A stretch of DNA of 64,000 nt, taken from Eledone cirrhosa. Lineage: Eukaryota. The notes under the pieces were generated by a model. The model saw only the letters and a program-made list of their open reading frames with translations. It was not told the DNA's origin and did no database searches. Below, one piece after another: positions 12,001-26,305 of the stretch. Position 1 is the stretch's first letter. Each line of letters starts with the position of its first letter. Location of the stretch: assembly GCA_964016885.1 (NCBI GenBank), contig OZ024743.1, forward strand, positions 270,320,001 to 270,384,000, read 5' to 3'. The position numbers were made by a program, and so were the translations under genes.

Positions 12001-15000
12001 AGTAGTGTTTGAGGTGGTGTTGATGTTAGTGGTGTTGGTAGTAGTGTTTGATGTGGTGTTGATGTTTGTGGTGTTCGTAGTAGTGTTTGAGGTGGTGTCG
12101 ATGTTTGTGGTGTTCGTAGTAGTGTTTGAGGTGGTGTTGGTGTTAGTGGTGTTGGTAGTAGTGTTTGAGGAGGTGTTGATGTTAGTGGTGTTGGGTGTAG
12201 TGTTTGAGGTGGTGTTGATGTTAGTGGTGTTGGTAGTAGTGTTTGAGGTGGTGTTGATGTTAGTGGTGTTGGTAGTAGTGTTTGAGGTGGTGTTGATGTT
12301 AGTGGTGTTGGTAGTAGTGTTTGAGGTGGTGTTGATGTTAGTGGTGTTGGTAGTAGTGTTTGAGGTGGTGTTGATGTTTGTGGTGTTGGTAGTAGTGTTT
12401 GAGGAGGTGTTGATGTTAGTGGTGTTGGGTGTAGTGTTTGAGGTGGTGTTGATGTTAGTGGTGTTGGTAGTAGTGTTTGAGGTGGTGTTGATGTTAGTGG
12501 TGTTGGTAGTAGTGTTTGAGGAGGTGTTGATGTTAGTGGTGTTGGGTGTAGTGTTTGAGGTGGTGTTGATGTTAGTGGTGTTGGTAGTAGTGTTTGAGGT
12601 GGTGTTGATGTTAGTGGTGTTGGGTGTAGTGTTTGAGCTGGTGTTGATGTTAGTGGTGTTGGTAGTAGTGTTTGAGGTGGTGTTGATGTTAGTGGTGTTG
12701 GGGGTAGTGTTTGAGGTGGTGTTGATGTTAGTGGTGTTGGTAGTAGTGTTTGAGGTGGTGTCGATGTTAGTGATGTTGGTAGTAGTGTTTGAGGTGGTGT
12801 TGATGTTAGCGGTGTTGGTAGTAGTGTTTGAGGTGGTGTTGATGTTAGCGGTGTTGGTAGTAGTGTTTGGGGTGGTGTTTATGTTAGTGGTATTGGGGTA
12901 GTGTTTGAGGTTCTGTTGATGTTAGTGGTGTTGGTAGTAGTGTTTGAGGTGGTGTTGATGTTAGTGGAGTTGGTAGTAGTGTTTGAGGTGGTGTTTATGT
13001 TAGCGGAGTTGGTAGTAGTGTTTGAGGTGGTGTGGATGTTAGTGGTGTTGGTAGTAGTGTTTGGGGTGGTGTTGATGTTACTGGTGTTGGTAGTAGTGTT
13101 TGAGGTGGTGTTGATGTTATTGGTGTTGGTAGTAGTGTCTGAGGTGGTGTTGATGTTATTGGTGTTGGGGGTAGTGTTTGAGGTGGTGTTGATGTTATTG
13201 GTGTTGGTAGTAGTGTTTGAGGTGGTTTTGATGTTAGCGGTGTTGGTAGTAGTGTTTGAGGTGGTGTTGATGTTAGTGGTATTGGTAGTAGTGTTTGAGG
13301 TGGTGTTGATGTTATTGGTGTTGGTAGTAGTGTTTGAGGTGGTGTTGATGTTAGCGGTGTTGGTAGTAGTGTTTGAGGTGGTGTTGATGTTAGTGGTATT
13401 GGTAGTAGTGTTTGAGGTGGTGTTGATGTTATTGGTGTTGGTAGTAGTGTTTGAGGTGGTGTTGATGTTATTGGTGTTGGGGGTAGTGTTTGAGGTGGTG
13501 TTGATGTTAGTGGTGTTGGTAGTAGTGTTTGAGGTGGTTTTGATGTTAGTGGTGTTGGTAGTAATATTTGAGGAGGTGTTGATGTTAGTGGTGTTGGTAG
13601 TAGTGTTTGAGGTGGTGTTGATGTTAGTGGTGTTGGTAGTAGTGTTTGAGGTGGTGTTGATGTTACTGGTGTTGGTAGTAGTGTTTGAGGTGGTGCTGAT
13701 GTTAGTGGTATTGGTAGTAGTGTTTGAGGTGGTGTTGATGTTAGTGGTATTGGTAGTAGTGTTTGAGGTGGTGTTGATGTTAGTGATGTTGGTAGTAGTG
13801 TTTGAGGTGGTGTTGATGTTAGTGGTGTTGGTAGTAGTGTTTGAGGTGGTGTTGATGTTAGTGGTATTGGTAGTAGTGTTTGAGGTGGTGTTGATGTTAG
13901 TGGTGTTGGGGGTAGTGTTTGAGGTGGTGTTGATGTTAGTGGTGTTGGCAGTAGAGTTTGGGGTGGTGTTGATGTTAGTGGTGTTGGGGGTAGTGTTTGA
14001 GGTGGTGTTGATGTTAGTGGTATTGGTAGTAGTGTTTGAGGTGGTGTTGATGTTTGTGGTGTTGGGGGTAGTGTTTGAGGTGGTGTTGATGTTAGTGGTG
14101 TTGGTAGTAGTGTTTGAGGTGGTGTTGATGTTTGTGGTGTTGGGGGTAGTGTTTGAGGTGGTGTTGATGTTAGTGGTGTTGGCAGTAGAGTTTGGGGTGG
14201 TGTTGATGTTAGTGGTGTTGGGGGTAGTGTTTGAGGTGGTGTTGATGTTAGTGGTGTTGGGGGTAGTGTTTGAGGTGGTGTTGATGTTAGTGGTGTTGGT
14301 AGTAGTGTCTGAGGTGGTGTTGATGTTAGTGGTGTTGGTAGTAGTGTTTGAGGTGGTGTTGATGTTAGTGGTGTTGGTAGTAGTGTTTGAGGAGGTGTTG
14401 ATGTTAGTGGTGTTGGTAGTAGTGTTTGAGGTGGTGTTGATGTTAGTGGTGTTGGGGGTAGTGTTTGATGTGGTGTTAATGTTAGCGGTGATGGTAGTAG
14501 TGTTTGAGGTGGTGTTGATGTTAGCGGTGTTGGTAGTAGTGTTTGAGGTGGTGTTGATGTTAGTGGTGTTGGTAGTAGTGTTTGAGGTGTTGTTGAAGTT
14601 AGTGGTGTTGGTAGTAGTGTTTGAGGTGGTGATGATGTTAGTGGTATTGGTAATAGTGTTTGAGGTGGTGTTGATGTTAGTGGTGTTGGTAGTAGTGTTT
14701 GAGGTGGTGTTGATGTTAGTGGTGTTGGTAGTAGTGTTTGATGTGGTGTTGATGTTAGTGGTGTTGGTAGTAGTGTTTGAGGTGGTGTTGATGTTAGTGG
14801 TGTTGGTAGTAGTGTTTGATGTGGTGTTGATGTTAGTGGTGTTGGTAGTAGTGTTTGAGGTGGTGTTGATGTTAGTGGTGTTGGTAGTAGTGTTTGATGT
14901 GGTGTTGATGTTAGTGGTGTTGGTAGTAGTGTTTGAGGTGGTGTTGATGTTAGCGGTGTTGGTAGTAGTGTTTGATGTGGTGTTGATGTTAGTGGTGTTG

Positions 15001-17110
15001 GTAGTAGTGTTTGAGGTGGTGTTGATGTTAGTGGTGTTGGTAGTAGTGTTTGATGTGGTGTTGATGTTAGTGGTGTTGGTAGTAGTGTTTGAGGTGGTGT
15101 TGATGTTAGTGGTGTTGGTAGTAGTGTTTGATGTGGTGTTGATGTTAGTGGTGTTGGTAGTAGTGTTTGAGGTGGTGTTGATGTTAGTGGTGTTGGTAGT
15201 AGTGTTTGATGTGGTGTTGATGTTAGTGGTGTTGGTAGTAGTGTTTGATGTGGTGTTGATGTTAGTGGTGTTGGTAGTAGTGTTTGAGGTGGTGTTGATG
15301 TTAGTGGTGTTGGTAGTAGTGTTTGAGGTGGTGTTGATGTTAGTGGTGTTGGTAGTAGTGTTTGATGTGGTGTTGATGTTAGTGGTGTTGGTAGTAGTGT
15401 TTGAGGTGGTGTTGATGTTAGTGGTGTTGGTAGTAGTGTTTGATGTGGTGTTGAAGTTAGTGGTATTGGTAGTAGTGTTTGAGGTGGTGTTGATGTTAGT
15501 GGTGTTGGTAGTAGTGTTTGAAGTGGTGTTGATGTTAGAGGTGTTGGTAGTAGTGTTTGAGGTGGTGTTGATGTTAGTGGTATTGGTAGTAGTGTTTGAG
15601 GTGGTGTTGATGTTAGTGGTGTTGGTAGTATTGTTTGAAGTGGTGTTGATGTTAGTGGTGTTGGTAGTAGTGTTTGATGTGGTGTTGATGTTAGTGGTAT
15701 TGGGGTAGTGTTTGTGGTGGTGTTGATGTTAGTGGTGTTGGTAGTAGTGGTTGAGGAGGTGTTGATGTTAGTGGTGTTGGTAGTAGTGTTTGATGTGGTG
15801 TTGATGTTAGTGGTATTGGGGTAGTGTTTGTGGTGGTGTTGATGTTAGTGGTGTTGGTAGTAGTGGTTGAGGAGGTGTTGATGTTAGTGGTGTTGGTAGT
15901 AGTGTTTGAGGTGGTGTTGATGTTAGTGGTATTGGGGTAGTGTTTGTGGTGGTGTTGATGTTAGTGGTGTTGGTAGTAGTGGTTGAGGAGGTGTTGATGT
16001 TAGTGGTGTTGGTAGTAGTGTTTGAGGTGGTGTTGATGTTAGTGGTGTTGTTAGTTGTGTTTGAGGTGGTGTTGATGTTAGTGGTATTGGGGTAGTGTTT
16101 GTAATGGTGTTGATGTTAGTGGTGTTGGTAGTAGTGTTTGAGGTGGTGTTGATGTTAGTGGTGTTGGTTGTAGTGTTTGAGGTGGTGTTGATGTTAGTGG
16201 TGTTGGTAGTATTGTTTGAGGTGTTGTTGATGTTAGTGGTGTTGGTAGTTGTGTTTGAGGTGGTGTTGATGTTAGTGGTATTGGGGTAGTGTTTGTGGTG
16301 GTGTTGATGTTAGTGGTGTTGGTAGTAGTGTTTGAGGTGGTGTTGATGTTAGTGGTGTTGGTTGTAGTGTTTGAGGTGCTGTTGATGTTAGTGGTGTTGG
16401 TAGTAGTGTTTGAGGTGGTGTTGATGTTAGTGGTATTGGGGTAGTGTTTGTGGTGGTGTTGATGTTAGTGGTGTTGGTAGTAGTGTTTGAGGTGGTGTTG
16501 ATGTTAGTGGTGTTGGTTGTAGTGTTTGAGGTGGTGTTGATGTTAGTGCTGTTGGTAGTAGTGTTTGAGGTGGTGTTGATGTTAGTGGTGTTGGTAGTAG
16601 TGTTTGAGGTGGTGTTGATGTTAGTGGTGTTGGTAGTAGTGTTTGATGTGGTGTTGATGTTAGTGGTGTTGGTAGTAGTGTTTGAGGTGGTGTTGATGTT
16701 AGTGGTGTTGGTAGTAGTGTTTGAGGTGGTGTTGATGTTAGTGGTGTTGGTAGTAGTGTTTGAGGTGCTGTTGATGTTAGTGGTGTTGGTAGTAGTGTTT
16801 GAGGTGGTGTTGATGTTAGTGGTGTTGGTAGTAGTGTTTGAGGTGGTGTTGATGTTAGTGGTGTTGGTAGTAGTGTTTGAGGTGGTGTTGATGTTAGTGG
16901 TGTTGGTAGTAGTGTTTGAGATGGTGTTGATGTTAGTGGTATTGGGTAGTGTTTGAGGTGGTGTTGATGTTAGTGTTGTTGGTAGTAGTGTTTGAGGTGG
17001 TGTTGATGTTAGTGGTGTTGGTAGTAGTGTTTGAGGTGGTGTTGATGTTAGTGTTGTTGGTAGTAGTGTTTCGAGGTGGTGTTGCTGTTGGTGGTGTTGG
17101 TAGTAGTATT
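1..17110. repeat. 39-bp tandem minisatellite, >430 copies, consensus gtagtagtgtttgaggtggtgttgatgttagtggtgttg; runs off the left edge of the window
   Basis: Unit read directly. The + strand ORF track repeats the 13-aa unit VVVFEVVLMLVVL (39 nt). The + strand is almost C-free. Occasional 38-bp variant units are present. Confidence 0.98.
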
Positions 17111-19130
17111 TGAGGTGGTGTTGCTGTTAGTGGTGTTGGTAGTAGTCTTTGAGGTAGTGTTTGTAGTAGTATGAGAGTTAGTGTTGATGCTAGTGGTATG
17201 GGTGATATCACTGATAATGTTAGTGGTGATTCTCGTAGCGATGGTTGATGTGATGTTGTTGTTCACAATGAAGTTTGAAAACGTGTTGATGTTCGTTGTG
17301 TTGGGAGTAGTTTTTGATGTGGTGTTGGTAGTAGTGTTAGAGTTGGGGTTGATGCTGGTGGCATGGGTAATGTTGGTGATTATGTTAGATGTGGTGTTGG
17401 TGGTGATGCTTGAGGTAGTTCTGTTGATAGTGAAGTTGGAGGAGTGTGTTGATGTTAGTGGTGTTGGCTGTAGTGTCTGAAGTTGTGTTGGTAGTAGTGT
17501 TATATGTGGTGTTGATGCTGGTGGCATGGGTAACGTTGTTGATAATATCAGAGCTGGTGTTGATGTTGATGATATTAGTTATGTTATTAGTAATGGTTGA
17601 GGTGATATTGTTGGTTTTCCTGTTATACTTTTGGTTGTTTGGATCTTGATACTGTTGTTGATGGTCTTCATGTTGGTGTTGGATGTCCATGTTCCTGAAG
17701 GTGATGGTAGTGATTCTGGTTGGTGGTTGTGTTGTTAGGTGTGTTCATGATATTTTGTTGTTGCTATTGTTATTGACAGTGGTTGTGGTATGCGTATTGT
17801 TAGTGTTGGTGGCTCACTGGTTGGTGTTGGGTGTAATAGATTTTGTTGTCTTGTTTGGTGGTGTTAGTGGATTGTTGATGATTTGTGTTGGTGGTGCCTT
17901 TCTAGATATTGCTGTTGACGTTAGTTTCGATGTCATTGTTGTTAGTAGCAGCAATGTTTATGCTAGTGTTAATGTTGGTGCTGTTGGTGGTGGAGTTGCT
18001 GTTGGTGGTGGAGGTGCTGATGGCAGTGTTGTTGCTGTTGTTGATGGTGTTGTTGCTGGTGATGCTGTTGGTGGTATTGTTATTGGTATTAGTAGAGTTA
18101 GGTTGGATCCTAGTGATGTTGTTGATGGTGTTGTTGCTTGTATTGTTGATGTTGTTATTAGTGGCAAAGTTGTTGTTGAGGATAGTTCTGTTGGTATTGG
18201 TAGTGTTAGTGATAGTAATATTTGTGACTACAGTTGGACTTTCTTTGATGATCTTGATGTTGCTGTTGGCGTTGATTTTGTTGTTATTAGTAGCCGTACA
18301 AACGTTTGAGGCGGTATTAATGTTGGTGGTTTTGGTGCTGTTCCTGTTGGTGACTGTAGCGGTGATTGTGTTGGTGGTTTGGTGGTGGTTATGTTGGTAG
18401 CTTTGATGGTTGTCATGTTAGTGGCTTTGGCGGTCGTCGTGCTGGTGGCTTTGGTATAGATAGTGATGGTAGTTGGTGTTAGTGGTGATTGCCTTGATAT
18501 TGGTGCTGCAGTTGTCATTTTTGTTGTTACGGTTAGTACTGACTGTTGTTTTATTGTTGGTGCTTGCATTAATATTGGTAGTGGCAGTGAAAATTAGGAT
18601 TTTGTTGCGGATAGTAGTGTTGGACCTGTTATTATTGGAGGCGATCACTGTGTTTTTGTTGGTAGTGCTTGTATCGGTGTTGGTGGTCGATGTGATATTA
18701 TTAGTGGTGTTGGTGTGTGTGGAATTGTTGTTAGTTATATTAGTGTTTGAAGTGGTAATGTTATTGCTGGTGGTGGCTTTGCTGTGGTTGTTGTTGTTGG
18801 AGTTGTTGTTGATATTGGTGTTGATGCTGTTGTTGGTTTTGTTGAGGGTGATGATGTTTTGGTGGTGTTGGTGTTATGAATGTTTTTGGTGTTTGTGTTG
18901 ATTTTGGTGGCTGGTGTTGGTGATGTTGTTGTTTGTGTTTGGCAGTTGGAGTTGTTGATGTTATTGTTGTTGGCTTTTGTGTTAGTGCTGTTATAGTGTT
19001 GGTAGTAATTTTTGGTTTTATAAATAGTGCCATTTGGGGTGTTATTGGTGTTATTGATGCTGCTGATGGTGTTGTTGGTGTTAGTGTAGGAGGTAGTTGC
19101 GTTTGTGGTAGCACTAAGTTTGCTGGGATT
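17111..19130. repeat. Degenerate (GTN/TGN)n triplet-derived low-complexity flank of the minisatellite
   Basis: G/T-rich triplet periodicity that becomes progressively more diverged; only short ORFs in changing frames. Confidence 0.8.
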
Positions 19131-19195
19131 GTAAATGAAATTGGATCAAATACATTCCAAATATGCCCATCTCGTTTATGATGACAATTTATGAT

Positions 19196-19300
19196 ACGGG
19201 TTGATAAAATAAAGTACCACTAATGTACTGGAGTCAGTTTAACAGACTTTACCCTCTCCAACAATTGTTGGCCTTATGTTTGAATCAGAAACCACTATTG
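19196..19300 (+). mobile_element. 3' fragment of SINE family A (Octopus-type)
   Basis: gggttgataaaataaagtaccactaatgtactgg...ggccttatg...agaaaccactatt matches the fuller copies at 20564 and 27017. Confidence 0.7.
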
Positions 19301-19606
19301 AATACATTCTTTTCTCATTTATCTAAAACAGTAAGGATTTGACTGTTATTTCTAGGAGTGATGGCAATAGTGATATTGACGGTGGCGGTAGTAGGGGTTG
19401 TGGTGTTTATGCTGGTGATGGTGACAGTGTTGGTTATGGTGTGATGATGCTGATGGCAATACTGATGATGTGATGGTGTTGTTGGTTTTTCAGGTGGTGG
19501 TGTTCATGTTTGAGATGTTTCTGATCTGAATATTTTCTATCATTCTTTATTTGGTTTTATTTGTGATTATATTTGTTGATTTATTGTTGTCCATATCACC
19601 CCCCCC

Positions 19607-19613
19607 CCTCTCT

Positions 19614-19683
<70 letters not shown>

Positions 19684-19702
19684 TCTCTCTCTTCCTCTCT
19701 CT
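19607..19702. repeat. (CT)n microsatellite
   Basis: Direct reading. Confidence 0.95.
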
Positions 19703-20048
19703 GTATCTACATATCTCTTTCACTGCTTGGGGAACCTTAACATCAGTTAAGAGAGAGATAATATGTATAGACAAGGTGTCAATATATCATTAAGTTTGTT
19801 TGGGTGTTTCGCGCATTTCACGATTGATCTGCTCAAGGTTCGATCTCTATAGAACGGGTTCAACTCTGGAATCAATTGCTCATCAGACTTCTGTTTGTTT
19901 AATCACGAAAAAAAAAAAAAAAAGTCCAAAAGCCACAACAGCAATTAAGTAGTTTGCATTACTAGATGTGCAATAAGTATGTACATAATTATTATTTATC
20001 AAGTTACTCACTCTTACATAACAGAAAATCAGGAGCAGAAAACATAAT

Positions 20049-20231
20049 TGTTTCTACTTTAGGCACAAGGCCAGCAATTACTCAGTGCATTACTGGTACT
20101 TTATTTTATCGACCCCGTATGGATGAAAGGCAAAGTCAACCTCGGCGGGATTTGAACTCAGATCGTAAAGGGATGTAATTATGCAGGAAAGCATGGCGTC
20201 CGACCCTCTACTGATACTGCCAATCCACCGC
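20049..20231 (-). mobile_element. SINE family A, full length, flanked by a 38-bp direct repeat (target-site duplication)
   Basis: Reverse complement of the 20564/27017 copies, including the B-box-like gagttcaaatccc. ctcttacataacagaaaatcaggagcagaaaacataat occurs at 20011-20048 and 20232-20269. Confidence 0.88.
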
Positions 20232-20563
20232 CTCTTACATAACAGAAAATCAGGAGCAGAAAACATAATGTGGCTTGATAATAGCTTGCGGCAAGTTCAA
20301 ACCAACAAACAGTGTTTACGGGACGGAGTATCTTGGCGTAAAATAGTCTGTTTAATTTATGTCCTGTGTTAGAGCGTGACGACTTATAATTACATTACAT
20401 AGTGATTAAAGATCACCGTGTAAAAACGGTGTTGGTTTAGGAAAGTGCTTTTCGACTGTGTAGGTTCGTAATATGTATTACATACGCAAAAGAGTATTCC
20501 CATGTATACAATTTTGTTGCTGATGGTAGCATTGGTATTGTTGGTATTATTGGTGGTGGTTAG

Positions 20564-20768
20564 GGAGGTAGATTGGCAGTATCGGTAGAGCGTCGGACAT
20601 AGAGTTACGGCCCTTTACGGCCTGAGTTCAAATCCCGTGGAGGTTAACTTTGCCTTTCACGCTTACGGGGTCGATAGAATAAAGTACCAGTAACGTACTG
20701 GGGTCGATTTAATCGACTTTCCCCTCCTCCAAATTACTGGCCTTGTGCCTATACTAGAAATCATTATT
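20564..20768 (+). mobile_element. SINE family A (tRNA-derived head)
   Basis: A-box-like tggcagtatcgg, B-box gagttcaaatccc, body ttaactttgcctttca...ggggtcgat...aaagtaccag, tail agaaatcattatt. At least six copies in the window. Confidence 0.88.
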
Positions 20769-21074
20769 GGTGGCGGTCGTTGAGTTATTGTTGGTGGTGC
20801 TTTGTGTCGGTGTTGGTGGTCGCCCTGATATTGTCAGTGGTGTACAATAGCTCATATAGGGCAACGTATATCATTACACTTATGAATACATGGTATAGGT
20901 CTCAAGTCGTATAATCATAATACTCAGCCATAATTAAGTATTGTATCTTAGTATTAATGTCATTCAATGTGGTCGAGTATAATGATGGAACATGATTTTA
21001 CACGGACTCTTCCTGAATTTCCACATGTATATCTGTTGGGATCACTGGATTTTCTCATTATATATATATATATA

Positions 21075-21150
<76 letters not shown>

Positions 21151-21360
21151 GTAAACAGAAATGACAAAAGAAACGGTATAGTATATGGAAGGAATATATT
21201 AGTTTAATGCCTGATATAGCAGGAAGAGTGTATTAACGTTTCGGCGCTAGTCCTTCATTAGAAAGAGAAGTTAGAGAGATTGAGGAGATAGGCACGGCAG
21301 AATCGGAAAAAAGGTCCATTCATGTTGCCATCTCTTATATATATATATATAAATAAACAT

Positions 21361-21457
<97 letters not shown>

Positions 21458-21639
21458 CATATTTAAAACTATTTCGTTAAGTCTGCAATATAGGCAAATG
21501 AGCATCTCTATAAAAGTATTACTTTCAAACATTTATGTATGTTGATAGCTTAGTTTGCTTCAGCCCCTCGCTCGATCGCTCGCTCTGATCGATCGACAAG
21601 ATCCCAGACCCCATTCGCTTACTGAGTGGGGTGGAGCTC

Positions 21640-21841
21640 GTCAAATCGGACCAAGGAAAAAATGTTTCCATTGGTCTTTCCATTGTTAATACTATCTACC
21701 GGACACAACTACTGTCTGAAGGAGCAGCTTGAAATATAGTGTCTTGCTCAATGAAAAAACGCATCACCCGGTCCAAGAATTGAACTCGCAACCTCACGAT
21801 TGTGAATCAAGCTCTCTAACCACTAAGCCACACGCCTTCAC
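21640..21841 (-). mobile_element. tRNA-derived SINE family B
   Basis: Minus strand reads ggcgtgtggcttagtggttagag...gcgagttcaattc (Pol III A and B boxes), then ttggaccgggtgatgcg...ttgagcaagacac, which is shared with 36540. Confidence 0.75.
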
Positions 21842-22344
21842 CAGCTTCAGTACCAAGCGAGTAAAATTCACTGAAGATATATAACATTTCTGAAATACCA
21901 CTATTTGGCATTCTCTTACAGTCACTGACATAACTGTGATATGATCACGGCTTAATATACCCATAGCAGGACTTATGTATGCATATTATACATAAACATA
22001 TAGTATATCTTTACATATACGCCTCAATTCTGGATAATGCTGTGTTAGTGCTACTCTTTATTATATATATCTTACCCATATACACACGTGTTAACTTTCT
22101 CTTTGCATCCTTATATTTTTTTTTCTTATTCTATATTTTTTCTTCCTCTCTGATGAATGACATAGACCGAAACTTTATGTACAAATTTTCTCTCATATCT
22201 GAGCCTTAATCTAATATTCCTAATTTTTACCGTATTCCATCCAGATATTATATTTTTTTGTTTCTCCTCTTTTTCTCTTTCATTATCTCTCCCCCTCTAT
22301 CTCACTTTTTCTCTCTCTCTCCCCACTCTCACTATATAGGTGTA

Positions 22345-23355
<1,011 letters not shown>

Positions 23356-23358
23356 TAC

Positions 23359-23390
<32 letters not shown>

Positions 23391-23396
23391 GTATAC

Positions 23397-23467
<71 letters not shown>

Positions 23468-23640
23468 GAATACAATTAGTCCTTCATGAGTGATCTTCCA
23501 GCCTTCATTGGTATTTCATCCCTTTAAAGATGATATACCTCTGGTTAGTGCGAGCAACGGCTAAAGAAAGTCGTTGGGACACGTAAATAGGGGGATCGAG
23601 CGAGACAGTAAACAAACAAAGATGGTAATGCAACGAAAAG

Positions 23641-23752
23641 TGAGTTCAAATCCCGCCGAGGTTAATTTTGCCTTTCATCCTTACGGGGTCGATAAAATAA
23701 AGCACCAGTAATGTACTGGGTAATTGCTGGCCTTGTGCCAAAAGTAGAAACA

Positions 23753-23755
<3 letters not shown>
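23641..23755 (+). mobile_element. 5'-truncated SINE family A
   Basis: gagttcaaatcccgccgaggttaattttgcctttcatccttacggggtcgat...agaaacaatt. Confidence 0.85.
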
Positions 23756-23798
<43 letters not shown>

Positions 23799-23893
23799 AA
23801 TATGCATGTAGACATACATAAATATATTGTATACATGTGTGTACGTGTGTTTTATCATGCATATATATATATAATAAATATATATATATATAA

Positions 23894-23982
<89 letters not shown>

Positions 23983-24718
23983 AGTTATCTTGATATTTTA
24001 ACAGCCGTTCCCTCTCCGATTTACGCTTTTATTCCTCATTGCTCCCTATCCCTACACCTTCCCCCCATCTCACCGCAATCAGGACAGATGACAAAATACT
24101 TAAGTCGGAAAACCCGATATTTTCTCTAATCATATTTTGCACTCGATGGTTTCTCTTGTCAACGTCTATACGGCTATTCCTTCCTTTAAACTAAACACTA
24201 TTTTCTCACTGACTTTTCTAATATTTCAGTCTGTTCTCGCTAAGCATTTGAAAATGTGGTATAAATGTGTTTGCTTTCAGGAAGAGGAGAAAATGTGTTC
24301 GTGGTGTTGGTGGTGCTCGTGTTATTTTTGGTGTTTGTGGTTTTGATTTCATTGTGCTGGAGGTGGTACTCGTGTTGCCATTGGCAGTTGTAGTGTTTGG
24401 GTGTTGGTGGTATTCTTAGCGTTGGTGGTTGATGTATTGATAGTGTTGGTGTTGGTAGTATTGGTGTTGGTAGTGTTGGTTTAGGTAATATCTGTGTTGC
24501 GAGAGTTGGCATTGGTAGTTTTGGTAGTGTTGCTGTTTGAAGTGAACAGGCTGAACATGGCGGTGTTACACTAGAAATGTTACATAACAATGCTGTCTGA
24601 AGAAGTCGTGCTGGTGATTGCTTTATGGAAGCATTACGTAATTATTCACGCAACAGAAATATGTATTAAATGAATTATAAATAACTACATCTAGCCTTTA
24701 CAATTATCATTATGGTAT

Positions 24719-24824
<106 letters not shown>

Positions 24825-24943
24825 TGTATATGTGTGTTTATTTGTGTTTGTGAGTGTGTGTGTCTATGATTACGTTTGTATTTGTATCTCTGGTAAGTTA
24901 GTTCGATATTAAAAAAACATGTGTTCAAAGCAATGGTCTAAAC

Positions 24944-25065
24944 CAGGCATCTCAACCATGCGGCTGGCGGGCCGCATGCAACCCTTTACAAGCACACCTG
25001 TGGAACTCAGACAACACATATGTGACCCATGGGCCCCTCGGGGGACCCTCAGTTTGACACGCCTG
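24944..25065. mobile_element. 122-bp hAT (Charlie-type) MITE
   Basis: Imperfect TIRs caggcatctcaacc / agtttgacacgcctg. Perfect 8-bp TSD gtctaaac at 24936-24943 and 25066-25073, matching the hAT-Charlie target pattern. Confidence 0.85.
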
Positions 25066-25284
25066 GTCTAAACTATCCTGGTTTGTTTTCAAACATGACC
25101 ATGAATACTTTGGGAGCCCCTTAGTAGTGAATGCCACGGTTGGATGGATGAACGGAAGTCTAAGATGATTACAGGGGTAAAAATTTAAAGATCGCGCCTA
25201 CATTGATGCGTTAATCTTGCTAATGGTTGTAGTGGTTATATCAGTATTAGTATTAGTACTAATATTATTATTAGTAGTGGTTGT

Positions 25285-25473
25285 AATGGCAATAGCGCCG
25301 GACACGTTTCTTTGCAGCATAGAGTTACCGCCTTTTAGGTTCTGAGTTTAAATCCGCCGAGGTTATCCTTACGAGGTCAATAAAATTAAGTACCAGTCAC
25401 GCACTGGTTTGATTTAATCGACTTTCCCCTCCCCCAAATTTGCTGGCCTTGTGCCTAAATCAGAAACCATTAT
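25285..25473 (+). mobile_element. SINE family A, diverged
   Basis: gagtttaaatccgccgaggtta...aagtaccag...aatcgactttcccctcc...ggccttgtgcc...agaaaccattatt. Confidence 0.8.
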
Positions 25474-25519
25474 TTTTGGAAGCGTGCAACAGTAGAAGCA
25501 ACAGCAGCAGCAACATGTT

Positions 25520-25870
25520 TGTGGGGGTGATGGTGGGGCTGAAGGTGGGGTGATGGTGGGGGTGATGGTGGGGCGATGGTGGGGGTGATGGTGGGGGCGA
25601 TGGTGGGGCGATGGTGGAGGATGATGTTTGTGGTGCTGGTTGTGGTGGGGGCGATGATGTTTGCGATGGTGGGGGTGCTGGTGGGGCGATGGGGGGATAG
25701 TGGTGGTGATGGTGGTGGTGATAGTGGTGGTGATGGTGGTAGTGATGGTAGTGGTGATGGTGGTGGTGATGGTGGTGGTGATGGTGGTGGTGATAGTGGT
25801 GGTGATGGTGGTAGTGATGGTGGTGGTGATGGTGGTGGTGATGGTGGTGGTGATAGTGGTGGTGATGATG
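25520..25870. repeat. (GGT/GAT)n compound triplet repeat
   Basis: Direct reading; it is the source of the poly-His and poly-Thr pseudo-ORFs. Confidence 0.9.
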
Positions 25871-26142
25871 CTTGTAGTGATGAAATGACATATAAAAAGC
25901 CCGGGGTATATAATGAGGTTACTGGAGTAGGTGGGGTATGTCCTGTGTTGTTTTACATAGTGGGTCTTATCTCCATGGTGCACGTCTGTATATACATGTG
26001 TGTACGTGTGTGTGTGTTTCTGTGTGTTTGCATATGCCTAGGAAAATGTGTATTGATGTCGTTTTTAGCATATATTAGTATGTGTACTTGTGCGTACATG
26101 TGTGTATATTCGAGCACGTGTTTATTTATGTGTGTGTGTGTG

Positions 26143-26173
<31 letters not shown>

Positions 26174-26259
26174 TTACACGTGTGTGTGACCTTGAGGGCG
26201 TGTGTATGTTTATGTTTGTGTCGATGTGGTTGGTTTTCAGAGTACGTTAAGATGTAAGG

Positions 26260-26305
<46 letters not shown>

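Noticed and set aside
5-16956. Very long Val/Leu-rich ORFs (up to 1520 aa) on the + strand
   Set aside because: They are translations of a stop-free 39-bp repeat, almost entirely hydrophobic, broken by 1-bp indels and without any domain.
1-17110. Telomeric repeat or CRISPR array
   Set aside because: There are no TTAGGG runs (only ttagtgg) and no unique spacers between repeats; the context is eukaryotic.
17048-19181. Mucin-like Thr/Pro-rich CDS on the minus strand
   Set aside because: The composition switches between frames with stops every few hundred bases, as expected for degenerate (CAN)n sequence; no splice or signal-peptide support.
19800-19890. Minus-strand CTGATGA...GAAAC hammerhead-like motif
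   Set aside because: No NUH site or stem I/III pairing could be built; at best a decayed remnant.
21232-21262. Minus-strand ctaatgaagg...ccgaaacgtta motif
   Set aside because: The core has G5A and stem I is poor; probably a dead PLE HHR, so not called.
21770-21841. tRNA gene
   Set aside because: A and B boxes are present but there is no complete cloverleaf, and it continues into SINE body sequence.
22145-22185. ctgatga...gaaac..gta motif
   Set aside because: Stems I and II do not pair.
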